This document shows positions 61,802 to 64,000 of a stretch of DNA of 64,000 nucleotides, in pieces; position 1 is the first letter of the stretch; each line of letters begins with the position of its first letter. The stretch is from Alphaproteobacteria bacterium (GTDB taxonomy: Bacteria; Pseudomonadota; Alphaproteobacteria; UBA828). The notes under the pieces were generated by a model. The model had not been told where the DNA came from, did no database searches, and saw nothing but the letters and a program-made list of their open reading frames with translations. The stretch is from contig CBDCQT010000003.1 of the NCBI GenBank assembly GCA_965220745.1, positions 160,001-224,000 on the forward strand, given 5' to 3'. The position numbers and the translations under genes were made by a program.

Positions 61802-61990
61802 ATGACCGACAAGCCGCACAAGCGCCGGAAGCTGCCGGAGCCCAGGACGATCACGCTGCCGGATCAGAAGACCTACCAGCCGCCCAAGGCGGAGCGTGAG
61901 CGGGAATACGACATGCCGGGGGCGAAGCTGAAGACGGTGCGGCGCGCGTTCTTCCGCCCGGTCAATGTCCGCCGCGAGGGCTGCGACTGA
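61802..61990 (+). CDS. Small basic hypothetical protein
   Basis: AGGA SD; GC3-rich 62-aa ORF. Confidence 0.55.
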   Translation: MTDKPHKRRKLPEPRTITLPDQKTYQPPKAEREREYDMPGAKLKTVRRAFFRPVNVRREGCD

Positions 61991-62068
61991 CCGGCGAAAA
62001 GCGGCGGGGTGCCGGTACAGGGCCGGCACCCCGCCTAGAGCGCCCGAATGTCGAGGCGTGGGGCGCTC

Positions 62069-62659
62069 CTACTGGCAACGCAGCTCCCATTCGGTTGGCA
62101 AGTCCCCTTCGTGATCGAGCTTGTTGAGCTCCTTCACGAAGGACTGCGCCGCTTCGACGGCGGTTTGATCCAAGAAGACGAATATGCGGGAGTCTGCGCC
62201 CCCCTCTAGCGGCCTCGCCCCCAAACCCATCGTCTTCCCGCCGTATTCCCCGACGATGATGCACCGCTGTTCCTGCGCCGCTTGCCGCTCGTCACATTGC
62301 TGATCGAACTTGTGCCGAAGGAGGGGAATCAGCTTCCTGTGGTATTTGTCGACATCCAAGCCTTCCGGGAATTCAAGGCCCTCGAAATCCCATCGTTCAT
62401 AACGGTCTTCAATGTAGGCGATTGAAGAGCGCAGATCGGCGCAATCGCAGGCCGCTTCTTCATGCCACTTGTCAAGTTCCTCCCGTGTGAAGAACTCCAA
62501 TGCGTTCTCGTCACCCGCCTCGACCGACGCGATAATGGCGGAGACTTGGACGCATTCATCGTCAAGATATTGCGGACGCTCTTGCGCCACTGCCGTTTGC
62601 ACCAACGGCGCGAGCACGGTCAGCCCGCACACCGCAAGCGCCATGACCGTCATCTTCAT
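62069..62659 (-). CDS. Secreted hypothetical protein
   Basis: AGGAGG SD; signal peptide ending AVA. Confidence 0.65.
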   Translation of the reverse strand: MKMTVMALAVCGLTVLAPLVQTAVAQERPQYLDDECVQVSAIIASVEAGDENALEFFTREELDKWHEEAACDCADLRSSIAYIEDRYERWDFEGLEFPEGLDVDKYHRKLIPLLRHKFDQQCDERQAAQEQRCIIVGEYGGKTMGLGARPLEGGADSRIFVFLDQTAVEAAQSFVKELNKLDHEGDLPTEWELRCQ

Positions 62660-62686
62660 GGCGTGCCCTCCTAGAGCCGTCCGACC

Positions 62687-62920
62687 CTACAGACCCATAC
62701 GGAGCTTGATGAGTTCCCGCGTGAAGAAATCGCACGCGGTGTGGCAATCCTGTTCGCGCATCTCGAATGTGTCGTCTAGCTCTAAACCGCTGCAGCACCG
62801 TACACAGTGCTCGTGAATGATCATCCGTTCGAGTTGCACGCTATCTCTGTCGTGCGCGCTCGCGCCGGGTGCTGTGAGGATGGCACCGGCCAGCATGCCA
62901 GCGATCAGGAAGGCCCGCAT
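62687..62920 (-). CDS. Small secreted Cys-containing protein
   Basis: Signal peptide ending ASA; CxxCC...CxxxC. Confidence 0.55.
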   Translation of the reverse strand: MRAFLIAGMLAGAILTAPGASAHDRDSVQLERMIIHEHCVRCCSGLELDDTFEMREQDCHTACDFFTRELIKLRMGL

Positions 62921-62926
62921 GGCTAC

Positions 62927-63112
62927 CTAGCGGCCGCCCTCGAAAACGTCGGCGGTGCCAGGGCGCGCGCCGTGGCGCATCTTGATCGCTGGCCGCGGCG
63001 GCGGCGGCGCGAACCGGCGCAGTAGCTCTTGACGGGCTGCGGTGTCGGTCTCGGGAACGGTGTTCATGGCCGCGAGAATGTCGTCGCGGCTCGCGTCTTC
63101 GGGCAAGTCCAT
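62927..63112 (-). CDS. Small hypothetical protein
   Basis: AGGAG SD before MDLPEDAS; runs into the next gene. Confidence 0.4.
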   Translation of the reverse strand: MDLPEDASRDDILAAMNTVPETDTAARQELLRRFAPPPPRPAIKMRHGARPGTADVFEGGR

Positions 63113-64000
63113 GGGGCGGACTCCTTGCGTCAGAGCCCGGCTTGACCGGAAGCGCCCGCACTGGTAGTCAAGACGCAGCGATGGCGCGGTCGGCCAGAGC
63201 CGGGAGTTTTGCAGACGCCCCTTGGGACACCGAATCCCTTGGGGCGTTTCCTGTTCTACCGCGGCCTGTGGCGCGGCATCAATGCTCGGTCCCGTGCAGC
63301 ACATCGACGGTCCGCTCGATCTCGGCCGCTAGGCTCGAAGCCTCGCCGGACCGCAGCGCCAGGTTGACCGGCGCCACGGCCAGACCGCCGGCATCCACGC
63401 AGTTCAGCCGCAGCAGCACGATCCGCTCGCCCTCCGCGTTTCTCGCGCCAAGCACGCGCGCCCCGATAACCGACAAATGATCTTCGACCCGCTCGCCTTC
63501 ACCCATGATCCCCGGCTCCTCCTAGAGCCTGAAGCCGCACTGCTCGACCAAGCGCTTGGCTTCGTCGAAGGCGCGTTGCGCGGGCGTGCGGGCGCGCCCG
63601 CGGTGCGGGAGTGCCGCCGCGAGAATGGCCGCCGCTTGATCAAGGGGAACGGGGCCGATGCCGGCCAAGTGGACGATTGGTGAGTGCATGGCGATCCTTT
63701 CCCGGCGGGAAGATCGCCATTGACCATGAGCAACGGTTGCGGCATGATCGTGAGCGTCCGGCAAGACACCCATAGCGATCTATCGCCGATTGAGGGCCGA
63801 CCCCGTGTCGGCCCGAAGTCGTTTCAGCCTACCGTGGCCTGAAGCGGGGGGTCAACGCCGGGTCAAGCGAAAATGTGACTATTCGCTATAATCCCCAAAA
63901 TCATGCAGCGGCGGCACAATGTCTGCTGCGGCCGATGAGCGGCTCGGGGCGGGCAGGACTATCCCATTTCGATGTCGTAGCTCGTGTTCTGGTTCCCATC

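Larger units (their letters stand above)
59933..63896 (+). mobile_element. IS1595-family element with passenger genes (~3.96 kb)
   Basis: Perfect TIR GGGGATTATAGCGAATAGTCACATTTTCGCTTGAC at both ends; 8-bp TSD AAAATCAT at 59925-59932 and 63897-63904. Confidence 0.95.

Overview
High-GC bacterial chromosomal window, most likely an alphaproteobacterium (inferred from the porin type and the ffs-dnaX-ybaB-recR cluster). 1-15.5 kb is mostly core genome: a cluster of two substrate-binding proteins, a histidine kinase and an MFS transporter, then aminopeptidase P, prmA, isochorismatase, SRP RNA, dnaX, ybaB, recR, an MTHFR-family gene and a beta-barrel OMP. 15.7-56.6 kb holds three porin+sulfotransferase cassettes and two near-identical copies of a 502-bp control block. 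They surround a ~32-kb integrative/mobilizable island with tandem tyrosine integrases, a TA pair, ssb, toprim, a MOBF relaxase, an AlpA-like HTH, an Rpn remnant and an AEP-helicase. All four ends of the two control blocks share the 11-bp core GAAGCATGAAG that contains the porin start codon. Only one end of the block has a Shine-Dalgarno site. This suggests an integrase-driven switch that picks which mosaic porin (and its sulfotransferase) is expressed; the switching itself is inference and untested. IS elements with recognisable ends: an IS66-like element (146-bp TIRs, DUF4338 passenger), IS630, two IS701 copies and a 4-kb cargo-carrying IS1595. No tRNA, rRNA or CRISPR array was seen. Family assignments come from motif recognition only; no database searches were run.
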